This document shows, in pieces, positions 1-15,000 of a stretch of 64,000 bases of DNA; position 1 is the stretch's first letter, and each line of letters starts with the position of its first letter. The notes beneath the pieces were generated by a model. It did no database searches, was not told the origin of the DNA, and saw nothing but the letters and a program-made list of their open reading frames with translations. The position numbers and the translations under genes are program-made. This DNA is from Nemertoderma westbladi (taxonomy: Eukaryota > Animalia > Xenacoelomorpha): assembly GCA_032718475.1 (NCBI GenBank), contig JAUCBJ010009154.1, positions 101,047 to 165,046 of the forward strand. Reading direction: 5' to 3'.

Positions 1-3000
1 ATATTAACTTATCCTTTCTTTGCTATAAATGAGTCCGCCATATTAACTTATCCTTTCGATCTTCCTCCTTTCGTTCTCTATAAATGAGTCCGCCATATTA
101 ACTTATCCTTTCGATCTTCCTCCTTTCGTTCTCTATAAATGAGTCCGCCATATTAACTTATCCTTTCGATCTTCCTCCTTTCGTTCTCTATAAATGAGTC
201 CGCCATATTAACTTATCCTTTCGATCTTCCTCCTTTCCTTCTCTATAAATGAGTCCGCCATATTAACTTATCCTTTCGATCTTCCTCCTTTCCTTCTCTA
301 TAAATGAGTCCGCCATATTAACTTATCCTTTCGATCTTCCTCCTTTCCTTCTCTATAAATGAGTCCGCCATATTAACTTATCCTTTCGATCTTCCTCCTT
401 TCCTTCTCTATAAATGAGTCCGCCATATTAACTTATCCTTTCTTTGCTATAAATGAGTCCGCCATATTAACTTATCCTTTCTTTGCTATAAATGAGTCCG
501 CCATATTAACTTATCCTTTCGATCTTCCTCCTTTCCTTCTCTATAAATGAGTCCGCCATATTAACTTATCCTTTCGATCTTCCTCCTTTCGTTCTCTATA
601 AATGAGTCCGCCATATTAACTTATCCTTTCGATCTTCCTCCTTTCCTTCTCTATAAATGAGTCCGCCATATTAACTTATCCTTTCTTTGCTATAAATGAG
701 TCCGCCATATTAACTTATCCTTTCTTTGCTATAAATGAGTCCGCCATATTAACTTATCCTTTCGATCTTCCTCCTTTCGTTCTCTATAAATGAGTCCGCC
801 ATATTAACTTATCCTTTCGATCTTCCTCCTTTCGTTCTCTATAAATGAGTCCGCCATATTAACTTATCCTTTCGATCTTCCTCCTTTCCTTCTCTATAAA
901 TGAGTCCGCCATATTAACTTATCCTTTCGATCTTCCTCCTTTCGTTCTCTATAAATGAGTCCGCCATATTAACTTATCCTTTCGATCTTCCTCCTTTCGT
1001 TCTCTATAAATGAGTCCGCCATATTAACTTATCCTTTCGTTCTCTATAAATGAGTCCGCCATATTAACTTATCCTTTCTTTGCTATAAATGAGTCCGACA
1101 TATTAACTTATCCTTTCGATCTTCCTCCTTTCGTTCTCTATAAATGAGTCCGCCATATTAACTTATCCTTTCGATCTTCCTCCTTTCGTTCTCTATAAAT
1201 GAGTCCGCCATATTAACTTATCCTTTCGATCTTCCTCCTTTCGTTCTCTATAAATGAGTCCGCCATATTAACTTATCCTTTCGTTCTCTATAAATGAGTC
1301 CGCCATATTAACTTATCCTTTCGATCTTCCTCCTTTCGTTCTCTATAAATGAGTCCGCCATATTAACTTATCCTTTCTTTGCTATAAATGAGTCCGCCAT
1401 ATTAACTTATCCTTTCTTTGCTATAAATGAGTCCGCCATATTAACTTATCCTTTCGATCTTCCTCCTTTCGTTCTCTATAAATGAGTCCGCCATATTAAC
1501 TTATCCTTTCTTTGCTATAAATGAGTCCGCCATATTAACTTATCCTTTCGATCTTCCTCCTTTCGTTCTCTATAAATGAGTCCGCCATATTAACTTATCC
1601 TTTCTTTGCTATAAATGAGTCCGCCATATTAACTTATCCTTTCTTTGCTATAAATGAGTCCGCCATATTAACTTATCCTTTCTTTGCTATAAATGAGTCC
1701 GTCATATTAACTTATCCTTTCGATCTTCCTCCTTTCCTTCTCTATAAATGAGTCCGCCATATTAACTTATCCTTTCTTTGCTATAAATGAGTCCGCCATA
1801 TTAACTTATCCTTTCGATCTTCCTCCTTTCGTTCTCTATAAATGAGTCCGCCATATTAACTTATCCTTTCGATCTTCCTCCTTTCGTTCTCTATAAATGA
1901 GTCCGCCATATTAACTTATCCTTTCTTTGCTATAAATGAGTCCGCCATATTAACTTATCCTTTCTTTGCTATAAATGAGTCCGCCATATTAACTTATCCT
2001 TTCGATCTTCCTCCTTTCGTTCTCTATAAATGAGTCCGCCATATTAACTTATCCTTTCTTTGCTATAAATGAGTCCGCCATATTAACTTATCCTTTCGAT
2101 CTTCCTCCTTTCGTTCTCTATAAATGAGTCCGCCATATTAACTTATCCTTTCTTTGCTATAAATGAGTCCGCCATATTAACTTATCCTTTCGATCTTCCT
2201 CCTTTCGTTCTCTATAAATGAGTCCGCCATATTAACTTATCATTTCTTTGCTATAAATGAGTCCGCCATATTAACTTATCCTTTCTTTGCTATAAATGAG
2301 TCCGCCATATTAACTTATCCTTTCGATCTTCCTCCTTTCGTTCTCTATAAATGAGTCCGCCATATTAACTTATCATTTCTTTGCTATAAATGAGTCCGCC
2401 ATATTAACTTATCCTTTCTTTGCTATAAATGAGTCCGCCATATTAACTTATCCTTTCGATCTTCCTCCTTTCGTTCTCTATAAATGAGTCCGCCATATTA
2501 ACTTATCATTTCTTTGCTATAAATGAGTCCGCCATATTAACTTATCCTTTCTTTGCTATAAATGAGTCCGCCATATTAACTTATCCTTTCTTTGCTATAA
2601 ATGAGTCCGTCATATTAACTTATCCTTTCGATCTTCCTCCTTTCCTTCTCTATAAATGAGTCCGCCATATTAACTTATCCTTTCGATCTTCCTCCTTTCG
2701 TTCTCTATAAATGAGTCCGCCATATTAACTTATCCTTTCTTTGCTATAAATGAGTCCGCCATATTAACTTATCCTTTCTTTGCTATAAATGAGTCCGCCA
2801 TATTAACTTATCCTTTCTTTGCTATAAATGAGTCCGCCATATTAACTTATCCTTTCTTTGCTATAAATGAGTCCGCCATATTAATTCCTCCTTTCGTTCT
2901 CTATAAATGAGTCCGCCATATTAACTTATCCTTTCGATCTTCCTCCTTTCCTTCTCTATAAATGAGTCCGCCATATTAACTTATCCTTTCGATCTTCCTC

Positions 3001-6000
3001 CTTTCGTTCTCTATAAATGAGTCCGCCATATTAACTTATCCTTTCGATCTTCCTCCTTTCGTTCTCTATAAATGAGTCCGCCATATTAACTTATCCTTTC
3101 GATCTTCCTCCTTTCGTTCTCTATAAATGAGTCCGCCATATTAACTTATCCTTTCGATCTTCCTCCTTTCCTTCTCTATAAATGAGTCCGCCATATTAAC
3201 TTATCCTTTCTTTGCTATAAATGAGTCCGCCATATTAACTTATCCTTTCTTTGCTATAAATGAGTCCGCCATATTAACTTATCCTTTCTTTGCTATAAAT
3301 GAGTCCGTCATATTAACTTATCCTTTCGATCTTCCTCCTTTCCTTCTCTATAAATGAGTCCGCCATATTAACTTATCCTTTCTTTGCTATAAATGAGTCC
3401 GTCATATTAACTTATCCTTTCGATCTTCCTCCTTTCCTTCTCTATAAATGAGTCCGCCATATTAACTTATCCTTTCGATCTTCCTCCTTTCGTTCTCTAT
3501 AAATGAGTCCGCCATATTAACTTATCCTTTCGATCTTCCTCCTTTCGTTCTCTATAAATGAGTCCGCCATATTAACTTATCCTTTCGTTCTCTATAAATG
3601 AGTCCGCCATATTAACTTATCCTTTCGTTCTCTATAAATGAGTCCGCCATATTAACTTATCCTTTCGATCTTCCTCCTTTCCTTCTCTATAAATGAGTCC
3701 GCCATATTAACTTATCCTTTCGATCTTCCTCCTTTCGTTCTCTATAAATGAGTCCGCCATATTAACTTATCCTTTCGATCTTCCTCCTTTCGTTCTCTAT
3801 AAATGAGTCCGCCATATTAACTTATCCTTTCGATCTTCCTCCTTTCCTTCTCTATAAATGAGTCCGCCATATTAACTTATCCTTTCGTTCTCTATAAATG
3901 AGTCCGCCATATTAACTTATCCTTTCGATCTTCCTCCTTTCGTTCTCTATAAATGAGTCCGCCATATTAACTTATCCTTTCTTTGCTATAAATGAGTCCG
4001 CCATATTAACTTATCCTTTCTTTGCTATAAATGAGTCCGCCATATTAACTTATCCTTTCGTTCTCTATAAATGAGTCCGCCATATTAACTTATCCTTTCT
4101 TTGCTATAAATGAGTCCGCCATATTAACTTATCCTTTCGATCTTCCTCCTTTCCTTCTCTATAAATGAGTCCGCCATATTAACTTATCCTTTCTTTGCTA
4201 TAAATGAGTCCGCCATATTAACTTATCCTTTCTTTGCTATAAATGAGTCCGCCATATTAACTTATCCTTTCTTTGCTATAAATGAGTCCGTCATATTAAC
4301 TTATCCTTTCGATCTTCCTCCTTTCCTTCTCTATAAATGAGTCCGCCATATTAACTTATCCTTTCTTTGCTATAAATGAGTCCGCCATATTAACTTATCC
4401 TTTCGATCTTCCTCCTTTCCTTCTCTATAAATGAGTCCGCCATATTAACTTATCCTTTCTTTGCTATAAATGAGTCCGCCATATTAACTTATCCTTTCTT
4501 TGCTATAAATGAGTCCGCCATATTAACTTATCCTTTCGATCTTCCTCCTTTCGTTCTCTATAAATGAGTCCGCCATATTAACTTATCCTTTCGATCTTCC
4601 TCCTTTCGTTCTCTATAAATGAGTCCGCCATATTAACTTATCCTTTCGATCTTCCTCCTTTCGTTCTCTATAAATGAGTCCGCCATATTAACTTATCCTT
4701 TCTTTGCTATAAATGAGTCCGCCATATTAACTTATCCTTTCTTTGCTATAAATGAGTCCGCCATATTAACTTATCCTTTCTTTGCTATAAATGAGTCCGT
4801 CATATTAACTTATCCTTTCGATCTTCCTCCTTTCCTTCTCTATAAATGAGTCCGCCATATTAACTTATCCTTTCTTTGCTATAAATGAGTCCGCCATATT
4901 AACTTATCCTTTCGATCTTCCTCCTTTCCTTCTCTATAAATGAGTCCGCCATATTAACTTATCCTTTCTTTACTATAAATGAGTCCGCCATATTAACTTA
5001 TCCTTTCTTTGCTATAAATGAGTCCGCCATATTAACTTATCCTTTCTTTGCTATAAATGAGTCCGTCATATTAACTTATCCTTTCGATCTTCCTCCTTTC
5101 CTTCTCTATAAATGAGTCCGCCATATTAACTTATCCTTTCTTTGCTATAAATGAGTCCGCCATATTAACTTATCCTTTCGATCTTCCTCCTTTCCTTCTC
5201 TATAAATGAGTCCGCCATATTAACTTATCCTTTCTTTGCTATAAATGAGTCCGCCATATTAACTTATCCTTTCTTTGCTATAAATGAGTCCGCCATATTA
5301 ACTTATCCTTTCGATCTTCCTCCTTTCGTTCTCTATAAATGAGTCCGCCATATTAACTTATCCTTTCGATCTTCCTCCTTTCGTTCTCTATAAATGAGTC
5401 CGCCATATTAACTTATCCTTTCGATCTTCCTCCTTTCGTTCTCTATAAATGAGTCCGCCATATTAACTTATCCTTTCGATCTTCCTCCTTTCGTTCTCTA
5501 TAAATGAGTCCGCCATATTAACTTATACTTTCGATCTTCCTCCTTTCCTTCTCTATAAATGAGTCCGCCATATTAACTTATCCTTTCGATCTTCCTCCTT
5601 TCGTTCTCTATAAATGAGTCCGCCATATTAACTTATCCTTTCGATCTTCCTCCTTTCGTTCTCTATAAATGAGTCCGCCATATTAACTTATCCTTTCGAT
5701 CTTCCTCCTTTCGTTCTCTATAAATGAGTCCGCCATATTAACTTATCCTTTCGATCTTCCTCCTTTCGTTCTCTATAAATGAGTCCGCCATATTAACTTC
5801 CTCCTTTCGTTCTATAAATGAGTCCGCCATATTAACTTATCCTTTCTTTGCTATAAATGAGTCCGCCATATTAACTTATCCTTTCGATCTTCCTCCTTTC
5901 GTTCTCTATAAATGAGTCCGCCATATTAACTTATCCTTTCGATCTTCCTCCTTTCGTTCTCTATAAATGAGTCCGCCATATTAACTTCCTCCTTTCGTTC

Positions 6001-9000
6001 TATAAATGAGTCCGCCATATTAACTTATCCTTTCTTTGCTATAAATGAGTCCGCCATATTAACTTATCCTTTCGATCTTCCTCCTTTCCTTCTCTATAAA
6101 TGAGTCCGCCATATTAACTTATCCTTTCTTTGCTATAAATGAGTCCGCCATATTAACTTATCCTTTCTTTGCTATAAATGAGTCCGCCATATTAACTTAT
6201 ACTTTCGATCTTCCTCCTTTCGTTCTCTATAAATGAGTCCGCCATATTAACTTATCCTTTCGATCTTCCTCCTTTCGTTCTCTATAAATGAGTCCGCCAT
6301 ATTAACTTATCCTTTCTTTGCTATAAATGAGTCCGCCATATTAACTTATACTTTCGATCTTCCTCCTTTCGTTCTCTATAAATGAGTCCGCCATATTAAC
6401 TTATCCTTTCGATCTTCCTCCTTTCGTTCTCTATAAATGAGTCCGCCATATTAACTTATCCTTTCTTTGCTATAAATGAGTCCGCCATATTAACTTATCC
6501 TTTCGATCTTCCTCCTTTCGTTCTCTATAAATGAGTCCGCCATATTAACTTCCTCCTTTCGTTCTATAAATGAGTCCGCCATATTAACTTATCCTTTCTT
6601 TGCTATAAATGAGTCCGCCATATTAACTTATCCTTTCGATCTTCCTCCTTTCGTTCTCTATAAATGAGTCCGCCATATTAACTTATCCTTTCGATCTTCC
6701 TCCTTTCGTTCTCTATAAATGAGTCCGCCATATTAACTTCCTCCTTTCGTTCTATAAATGAGTCCGCCATATTAACTTATCCTTTCTTTGCTATAAATGA
6801 GTCCGCCATATTAACTTATCCTTTCGATCTTCCTCCTTTCCTTCTCTATAAATGAGTCCGCCATATTAACTTATCCTTTCTTTGCTATAAATGAGTCCGC
6901 CATATTAACTTATCCTTTCTTTGCTATAAATGAGTCCGCCATATTAACTTATACTTTCGATCTTCCTCCTTTCGTTCTCTATAAATGAGTCCGCCATATT
7001 AACTTATCCTTTCGATCTTCCTCCTTTCGTTCTCTATAAATGAGTCCGCCATATTAACTTATCCTTTCTTTGCTATAAATGAGTCCGCCATATTAACTTA
7101 TACTTTCGATCTTCCTCCTTTCGTTCTCTATAAATGAGTCCGCCATATTAACTTATCCTTTCGATCTTCCTCCTTTCGTTCTCTATAAATGAGTCCGCCA
7201 TATTAACTTATCCTTTCTTTGCTATAAATGAGTCCGCCATATTAACTTATACTTTCGATCTTCCTCCTTTCGTTCTCTATAAATGAGTCCGCCATATTAA
7301 CTTATCCTTTCGATCTTCCTCCTTTCGTTCTCTATAAATGAGTCCGCCATATTAACTTATCCTTTCTTTGCTATAAATGAGTCCGCCATATTAACTTATC
7401 CTTTCGATCTTCCTCCTTTCGTTCTCTATAAATGAGTCCGCCATATTAACTTATCCTTTCTTTGCTATAAATGAGTCCGCCATATTAACTTATACTTTCG
7501 ATCTTCCTCCTTTCGTTCTCTATAAATGAGTCCGCCATATTAACTTATCCTTTCGATCTTCCTCCTTTCGTTCTCTATAAATGAGTCCGCCATATTAACT
7601 TATCCTTTCGATCTTCCTCCTTTCGTTCTCTATAAATGAGTCCGCCATATTAACTTATACTTTCGATCTTCCTCCTTTCGTTCTCTATAAATGAGTCCGC
7701 CATATTAACTTATACTTTCGATCTTCCTCCTTTCGTTCTCTATAAATGAGTCCGCCATATTAACTTATCCTTTCTTTGCTATAAATGAGTCCGCCATATT
7801 AACTTATACTTTCGATCTTCCTCCTTTCGTTCTCTATAAATGAGTCCGCCATATTAACTTATCCTTTCTTTGCTATAAATGAGTCCGCCATATTAACTTA
7901 TACTTTCGATCTTCCTCCTTTCGTTCTCTATAAATGAGTCCGCCATATTAACTTATCCTTTCTTTGCTATAAATGAGTCCGCCATATTAACTTATCCTTT
8001 CGATCTTCCTCCTTTCGTTCTCTATAAATGAGTCCGCCATATTAACTTATCCTTTCTTTGCTATAAATGAGTCCGCCATATTAACTTATCCTTTCGATCT
8101 TCCTCCTTTCGTTCTCTATAAATGAGTCCGCCATATTAACTTATCCTTTCTTTGCTATAAATGAGTCCGCCATATTAACTTATCCTTTCTTTGCTATAAA
8201 TGAGTCCGCCATATTAACTTATCCTTTCGATCTTCCTCCTTTCGTTCTCTATAAATGAGTCCGCCATATTAACTTATCCTTTCGATCTTCCTCCTTTCGT
8301 TCTCTATAAATGAGTCCGCCATATTAACTTATCCTTTCTTTGCTATAAATGAGTCCGCCATATTAACTTATCCTTTCGATCTTCCTCCTTTCGTTCTCTA
8401 TAAATGAGTCCGCCATATTAACTTATCCTTTCTTTGCTATAAATGAGTCCGCCATATTAACTTATACTTTCGATCTTCCTCCTTTCGTTCTCTATAAATG
8501 AGTCCGCCATATTAACTTATCCTTTCGATCTTCCTCCTTTCGTTCTCTATAAATGAGTCCGCCATATTAACTTATCCTTTCTTTGCTATAAATGAGTCCG
8601 CCATATTAACTTATACTTTCGATCTTCCTCCTTTCGTTCTCTATAAATGAGTCCGCCATATTAACTTATCCTTTCGATCTTCCTCCTTTCGTTCTCTATA
8701 AATGAGTCCGCCATATTAACTTATCCTTTCGATCTTCCTCCTTTCGTTCTCTATAAATGAGTCCGCCATATTAACTTATCCTTTCGATCTTCCTCCTTTC
8801 GTTCTCTATAAATGAGTCCGCCATATTAACTTATCCTTTCGATCTTCCTCCTTTCCTTCTCTATAAATGAGTCCGCCATATTAACTTATCATTTCTTTGC
8901 TATAAATGAGTCCGCCATATTAACTTATCATTTCTTTGCTATAAATGAGTCCGCCATATTAACTTATCCTTTCTTTGCTATAAATGAGTCCGCCATATTA

Positions 9001-12000
9001 ACTTATCCTTTCCTTCTCTATAAATGAGTCCGCCATATTAACTTATCCTTTCGATCTTCCTCCTTTCCTTCTCTATAAATGAGTCCGCCATATTAACTTA
9101 TCCTTTCGTTCTCTATAAATGAGTCCGCCATATTAACTTATCCTTTCTTTGCTATAAATGAGTCCGCCATATTAACTTATCCTTTCGTTCTCTATAAATG
9201 AGTCCGCCATATTAACTTATCCTTTCTTTGCTATAAATGAGTCCGCCATATTAACTTATCCTTTCGTTCTCTATAAATGAGTCCGCCATATTAACTTATC
9301 CTTTCTTTGATATAAATGAGTCCGCCATATTAACTTATCCTTTCGATCTTCCTCCTTTCGTTCTCTATAAATGAGTCCGCCATATTAACTTATCCTTTCG
9401 ATCTTCCTCCTTTCGTTCTCTATAAATGAGTCCGCCATATTAACTTATCCTTTCTTTGCTATAAATGAGTCCGCCATATTAACTTATCCTTTCGATCTTC
9501 CTCCTTTCGTTCTCTATAAATGAGTCCGCCATATTAACTTATCCTTTCTTTACTATAAATGAGTCCGCCATATTAACTTATCCTTTCGATCTTCCTCCTT
9601 TCGTTCTCTATAAATGAGTCCGCCATATTAACTTATCCTTTCGATCTTCCTCCTTTCGTTCTCTATAAATGAGTCCGCCATATTAACTTATCCTTTCGAT
9701 CTTCCTCCTTTCGTTCTCTATAAATGAGTCCGCCATATTAACTTATCCTTTCGATCTTCCTCCTTTCCTTCTCTATAAATGAGTCCGCCATATTAACTTA
9801 TCATTTCTTTGCTATAAGTGAGTCCGCCATATTAACTTATCATTTCTTTGCTATAAATGAGTCCGCCATATTAACTTATCCTTTCTTTGCTATAAATGAG
9901 TCCGCCATATTAACTTATCCTTTCCTTCTCTATAAATGAGTCCGCCATATTAACTTATCCTTTCCTTCTCTATAAATGAGTCCGCCATATTAACTTATCC
10001 TTTCTTTGCTATAAATGAGTCCGCCATATTAACTTATCCTTTCCTTCTCTATAAATGAGTCCGCCATATTAACTTATCCTTTCCTTCTCTATAAATGAGT
10101 CCGCCATATTAACTTATCCTTTCGATCTTCCTCCTTTCCTTCTCTATAAATGAGTCCGCCATATTAACTTATCCTTTCGATCTTCCTCCTTTCGTTCTCT
10201 ATAAATGAGTCCGCCATATTAACTTATCCTTTCGTTCTCTATAAATGAGTCCGCCATATTAACTTATCCTTTCTTTGCTATAAATGAGTCCGCCATATTA
10301 ACTTATCCTTTCGTTCTCTATAAATGAGTCCGCCATATTAACTTATCCTTTCTTTGCTATAAATGAGTCCGCCATATTAACTTATCCTTTCGTTCTCTAT
10401 AAATGAGTCCGCCATATTAACTTATCCTTTCTTTGATATAAATGAGTCCGCCATATTAACTTATCCTTTCGATCTTCCTCCTTTCGTTCTCTATAAATGA
10501 GTCCGCCATATTAACTTATCCTTTCGATCTTCCTCCTTTCGTTCTCTATAAATGAGTCCGCCATATTAACTTATCCTTTCGATCTTCCTCCTTTCGTTCT
10601 CTATAAATGAGTCCGCCATATTAACTTATCCTTTCTTTGCTATAAATGAGTCCGCCATATTAACTTATCCTTTCGATCTTCCTCCTTTCGTTCTCTATAA
10701 ATGAGTCCGCCATATTAACTTATCCTTTCTTTGCTATAAATGAGTCCGCCATATTAACTTATCCTTTCGATCTTCCTCCTTTCGTTCTCTATAAATGAGT
10801 CCGCCATATTAACTTATACTTTCTTTGCTATAAATGAGTCCGCCATATTAACTTATCCTTTCGATCTTCCTCCTTTCGTTCTCTATAAATGAGTCCGCCA
10901 TATTAACTTATCCTTTCTTTGCTATAAATGAGTCCGCCATATTAACTTATCCTTTCGATCTTCCTCCTTTCGTTCTCTATAAATGAGTCCGCCATATTAA
11001 CTTATACTTTCTTTGCTATAAATGAGTCCGCCATATTAACTTATCCTTTCGATCTTCCTCCTTTCGTTCTCTATAAATGAGTCTGCCATATTAACTTATC
11101 CTTTCTTTGCTATAAATGAGTCCGCCATATTAACTTATCCTTTCGATCTTCCTCCTTTCGTTCTCTATAAATGAGTCCGCCATATTAACTTATCCTTTCG
11201 ATCTTCCTCCTTTCGTTCTCTATAAATGAGTCCGCCATATTAACTTATCCTTTCTTTGCTATAAATGAGTCCGCCATATTAACTTATCCTTTCGATCTTC
11301 CTCCTTTCGTTCTCTATAAATGAGTCCGCCATATTAACTTATCCTTTCTTTGCTATAAATGAGTCCGCCATATTAACTTATCCTTTCGATCTTCCTCCTT
11401 TCGTTCTCTATAAATGAGTCCGCCATATTAACTTATCCTTTCTTTGCTATAAATGAGTCCGCCATATTAACTTATCCTTTCGATCTTCCTCCTTTCGTTC
11501 TCTATAAATGAGTCCGCCATATTAACTTATCCTTTCTTTGCTATAAATGAGTCCGCCATATTAACTTATCCTTTCGATCTTCCTCCTTTCGTTCTCTATA
11601 AATGAGTCCGCCATATTAACTTATCCTTTCTTTGCTATAAATGAGTCCGCCATATTAACTTATCCTTTCTTTGCTATAAATGAGTCCGCCATATTAACTT
11701 ATCCTTTCGTTCTCTATAAATGAGTCCGCCATATTAACTTATCCTTTCTTTGCTATAAATGAGTCCGCCATATTAACTTATACTTTCGATCTTCCTCCTT
11801 TCGTTCTCTATAAATGAGTCCGCCATATTAACTTATCCTTTCTTTGCTATAAATGAGTCCGCCATATTAACTTATCCTTTCTTTGCTATAAATGAGTCCG
11901 CCATATTAACTTATCCTTTCTTTGCTATAAATGAGTCCGCCATATTAACTTATCCTTTCGATCTTCCTCCTTTCGTTCTCTATAAATGAGTCCGGCATAT

Positions 12001-15000
12001 TAACTTATCCTTTCTTTGCTATAAATGAGTCCGCCATATTAACTTATACTTTCGATCTTCCTCCTTTCGTTCTCTATAAATGAGTCCGCCATATTAACTT
12101 ATCCTTTCGATCTTCCTCCTTTCCTTCTCTATAAATGAGTCCGCCATATTAACTTATCCTTTCGTTCTCTATAAATGAGTCCGCCATATTAACTTATCCT
12201 TTCGATCTTCCTCCTTTCGTTCTCTATAAATGAGTCCGCCATATTAACTTATCCTTTCGATCTTCCTCCTTTCCTTCTCTATAAATGAGTCCGCCATATT
12301 AACTTATCCTTTCGTTCTCTATAAATGAGTCCGCCATATTAACTTATCCTTTCGATCTTCCTCCTTTCGTTCTCTATAAATGAGTCCGCCATATTAACTT
12401 ATCCTTTCGATCTTCCTCCTTTCGTTCTCTATAAATGAGTCCGCCATATTAACTTATCCTTTCGATCTTCCTCCTTTCGTTCTCTATAAATGAGTCCGCC
12501 ATATTAACTTATCCTTTCGATCTTCCTCCTTTCCTTCTCTATAAATGAGTCCGCCATATTAACTTATCCTTTCGATCTTCCTCCTTTCGTTCTCTATAAA
12601 TGAGTCCGCCATATTAACTTATCCTTTCTTTGCTATAAATGAGTCCGCCATATTAACTTATCCTTTCGATCTTCCTCCTTTCGTTCTCTATAAATGAGTC
12701 CGCCATATTAACTTATCCTTTCGATCTTCCTCCTTTCGTTCTCTATAAATGAGTCCGCCATATTAACTTATCCTTTCGATCTTCCTCCTTTCCTTCTCTA
12801 TAAATGAGTCCGCCATATTAACTTATCCTTTCTTTGCTATAAATGAGTCCGCCATATTAACTTATCCTTTCTTTGCTATAAATGAGTCCGCCATATTAAC
12901 TTATCCTTTCGATCTTCCTCCTTTCGTTCTCTATAAATGAGTCCGGCATATTAACTTATCCTTTCTTTGCTATAAATGAGTCCGCCATATTAACTTATAC
13001 TTTCGATCTTCCTCCTTTCGTTCTCTATAAATGAGTCCGCCATATTAACTTATCCTTTCGATCTTCCTCCTTTCCTTCTCTATAAATGAGTCCGCCATAT
13101 TAACTTATCCTTTCGTTCTCTATAAATGAGTCCGCCATATTAACTTATCCTTTCGATCTTCCTCCTTTCGTTCTCTATAAATGAGTCCGCCATATTAACT
13201 TATCCTTTCGATCTTCCTCCTTTCCTTCTCTATAAATGAGTCCGCCATATTAACTTATCCTTTCGTTCTCTATAAATGAGTCCGCCATATTAACTTATCC
13301 TTTCGATCTTCCTCCTTTCGTTCTCTATAAATGAGTCCGCCATATTAACTTATCCTTTCGATCTTCCTCCTTTCGTTCTCTATAAATGAGTCCGCCATAT
13401 TAACTTATCCTTTCGATCTTCCTCCTTTCGTTCTCTATAAATGAGTCCGCCATATTAACTTATCCTTTCGATCTTCCTCCTTTCCTTCTCTATAAATGAG
13501 TCCGCCATATTAACTTATCCTTTCGATCTTCCTCCTTTCGTTCTCTATAAATGAGTCCGCCATATTAACTTATCCTTTCGATCTTCCTCCTTTCGTTCTC
13601 TATAAATGAGTCCGCCATATTAACTTATACTTTCGATCTTCCTCCTTTCGTTCTCTATAAATGAGTCCGCCATATTAACTTATCCTTTCGATCTTCCTCC
13701 TTTCGTTCTCTATAAATGAGTCCGCCATATTAACTTATCCTTTCGATCTTCCTCCTTTCGTTCTCTATAAATGAGTCCGCCATATTAACTTATCCTTTCG
13801 ATCTTCCTCCTTTCCTTCTCTATAAATGAGTCCGCCATATTAACTTATCCTTTCGATCTTCCTCCTTTCCTTCTCTATAAATGAGTCCGCCATATTAACT
13901 TATCCTTTCGTTCTCTATAAATGAGTCCGCCATATTAACTTATCCTTTCGATCTTCCTCCTTTCCTTCTCTATAAATGAGTCCGCCATATTAACTTATCC
14001 TTTCGATCTTCCTCCTTTCGTTCTCTATAAATGAGTCCGCCATATTAACTTATCCTTTCTTTGCTATAAATGAGTCCGCCATATTAACTTATCCTTTCGA
14101 TCTTCCTCCTTTCGTTCTCTATAAATGAGTCCGCCATATTAACTTATCCTTTCGATCTTCCTCCTTTCGTTCTCTATAAATGAGTCCGCCATATTAACTT
14201 ATCCTTTCCTTCTCTATAAATGAGTCCGCCGTATTAACTTATCCTTTCTTTGCTATAAATGAGTCCGCCATATTAACTTATCCTTTCTTTGCTATAAATG
14301 AGTCCGCCATATTAACTTATCCTTTCGATCTTCCTCCTTTCCTTCTCTATAAATGAGTCCGCCATATTAACTTATCCTTTCTTTGCTATAAATGAGTCCG
14401 CCATATTAACTTATCCTTTCTTTGCTATAAATGAGTCCGCCATATTAACTTATCCTTTCGATCTTCCTCCTTTCGTTCTCTATAAATGAGTCCGGCATAT
14501 TAACTTATCCTTTCTTTGCTATAAATGAGTCCGCCATATTAACTTATACTTTCGATCTTCCTCCTTTCGTTCTCTATAAATGAGTCCGGCATATTAACTT
14601 ATCCTTTCTTTGCTATAAATGAGTCCGCCATATTAACTTATCCTTTCGATCTTCCTCCTTTCGTTCTCTATAAATGAGTCCGGCATATTAACTTATCCTT
14701 TCTTTGCTATAAATGAGTCCGCCATATTAACTTATCCTTTCGATCTTCCTCCTTTCGTTCTCTATAAATGAGTCCGCCATATTAACTTATCCTTTCTTTG
14801 CTATAAATGAGTCCGCCATATTAACTTATCCTTTCGATCTTCCTCCTTTCGTTCTCTATAAATGAGTCCGCCATATTAACTTATCCTTTCGATCTTCCTC
14901 CTTTCGTTCTCTATAAATGAGTCCGCCATATTAACTTATCCTTTCGATCTTCCTCCTTTCCTTCTCTATAAATGAGTCCGCCATATTAACTTATCCTTTC

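Noticed and set aside
24-39. AP-1 site in the satellite core (TGAGTCC)
   Set aside because: It mismatches the TGAGTCA palindrome and has no other support.
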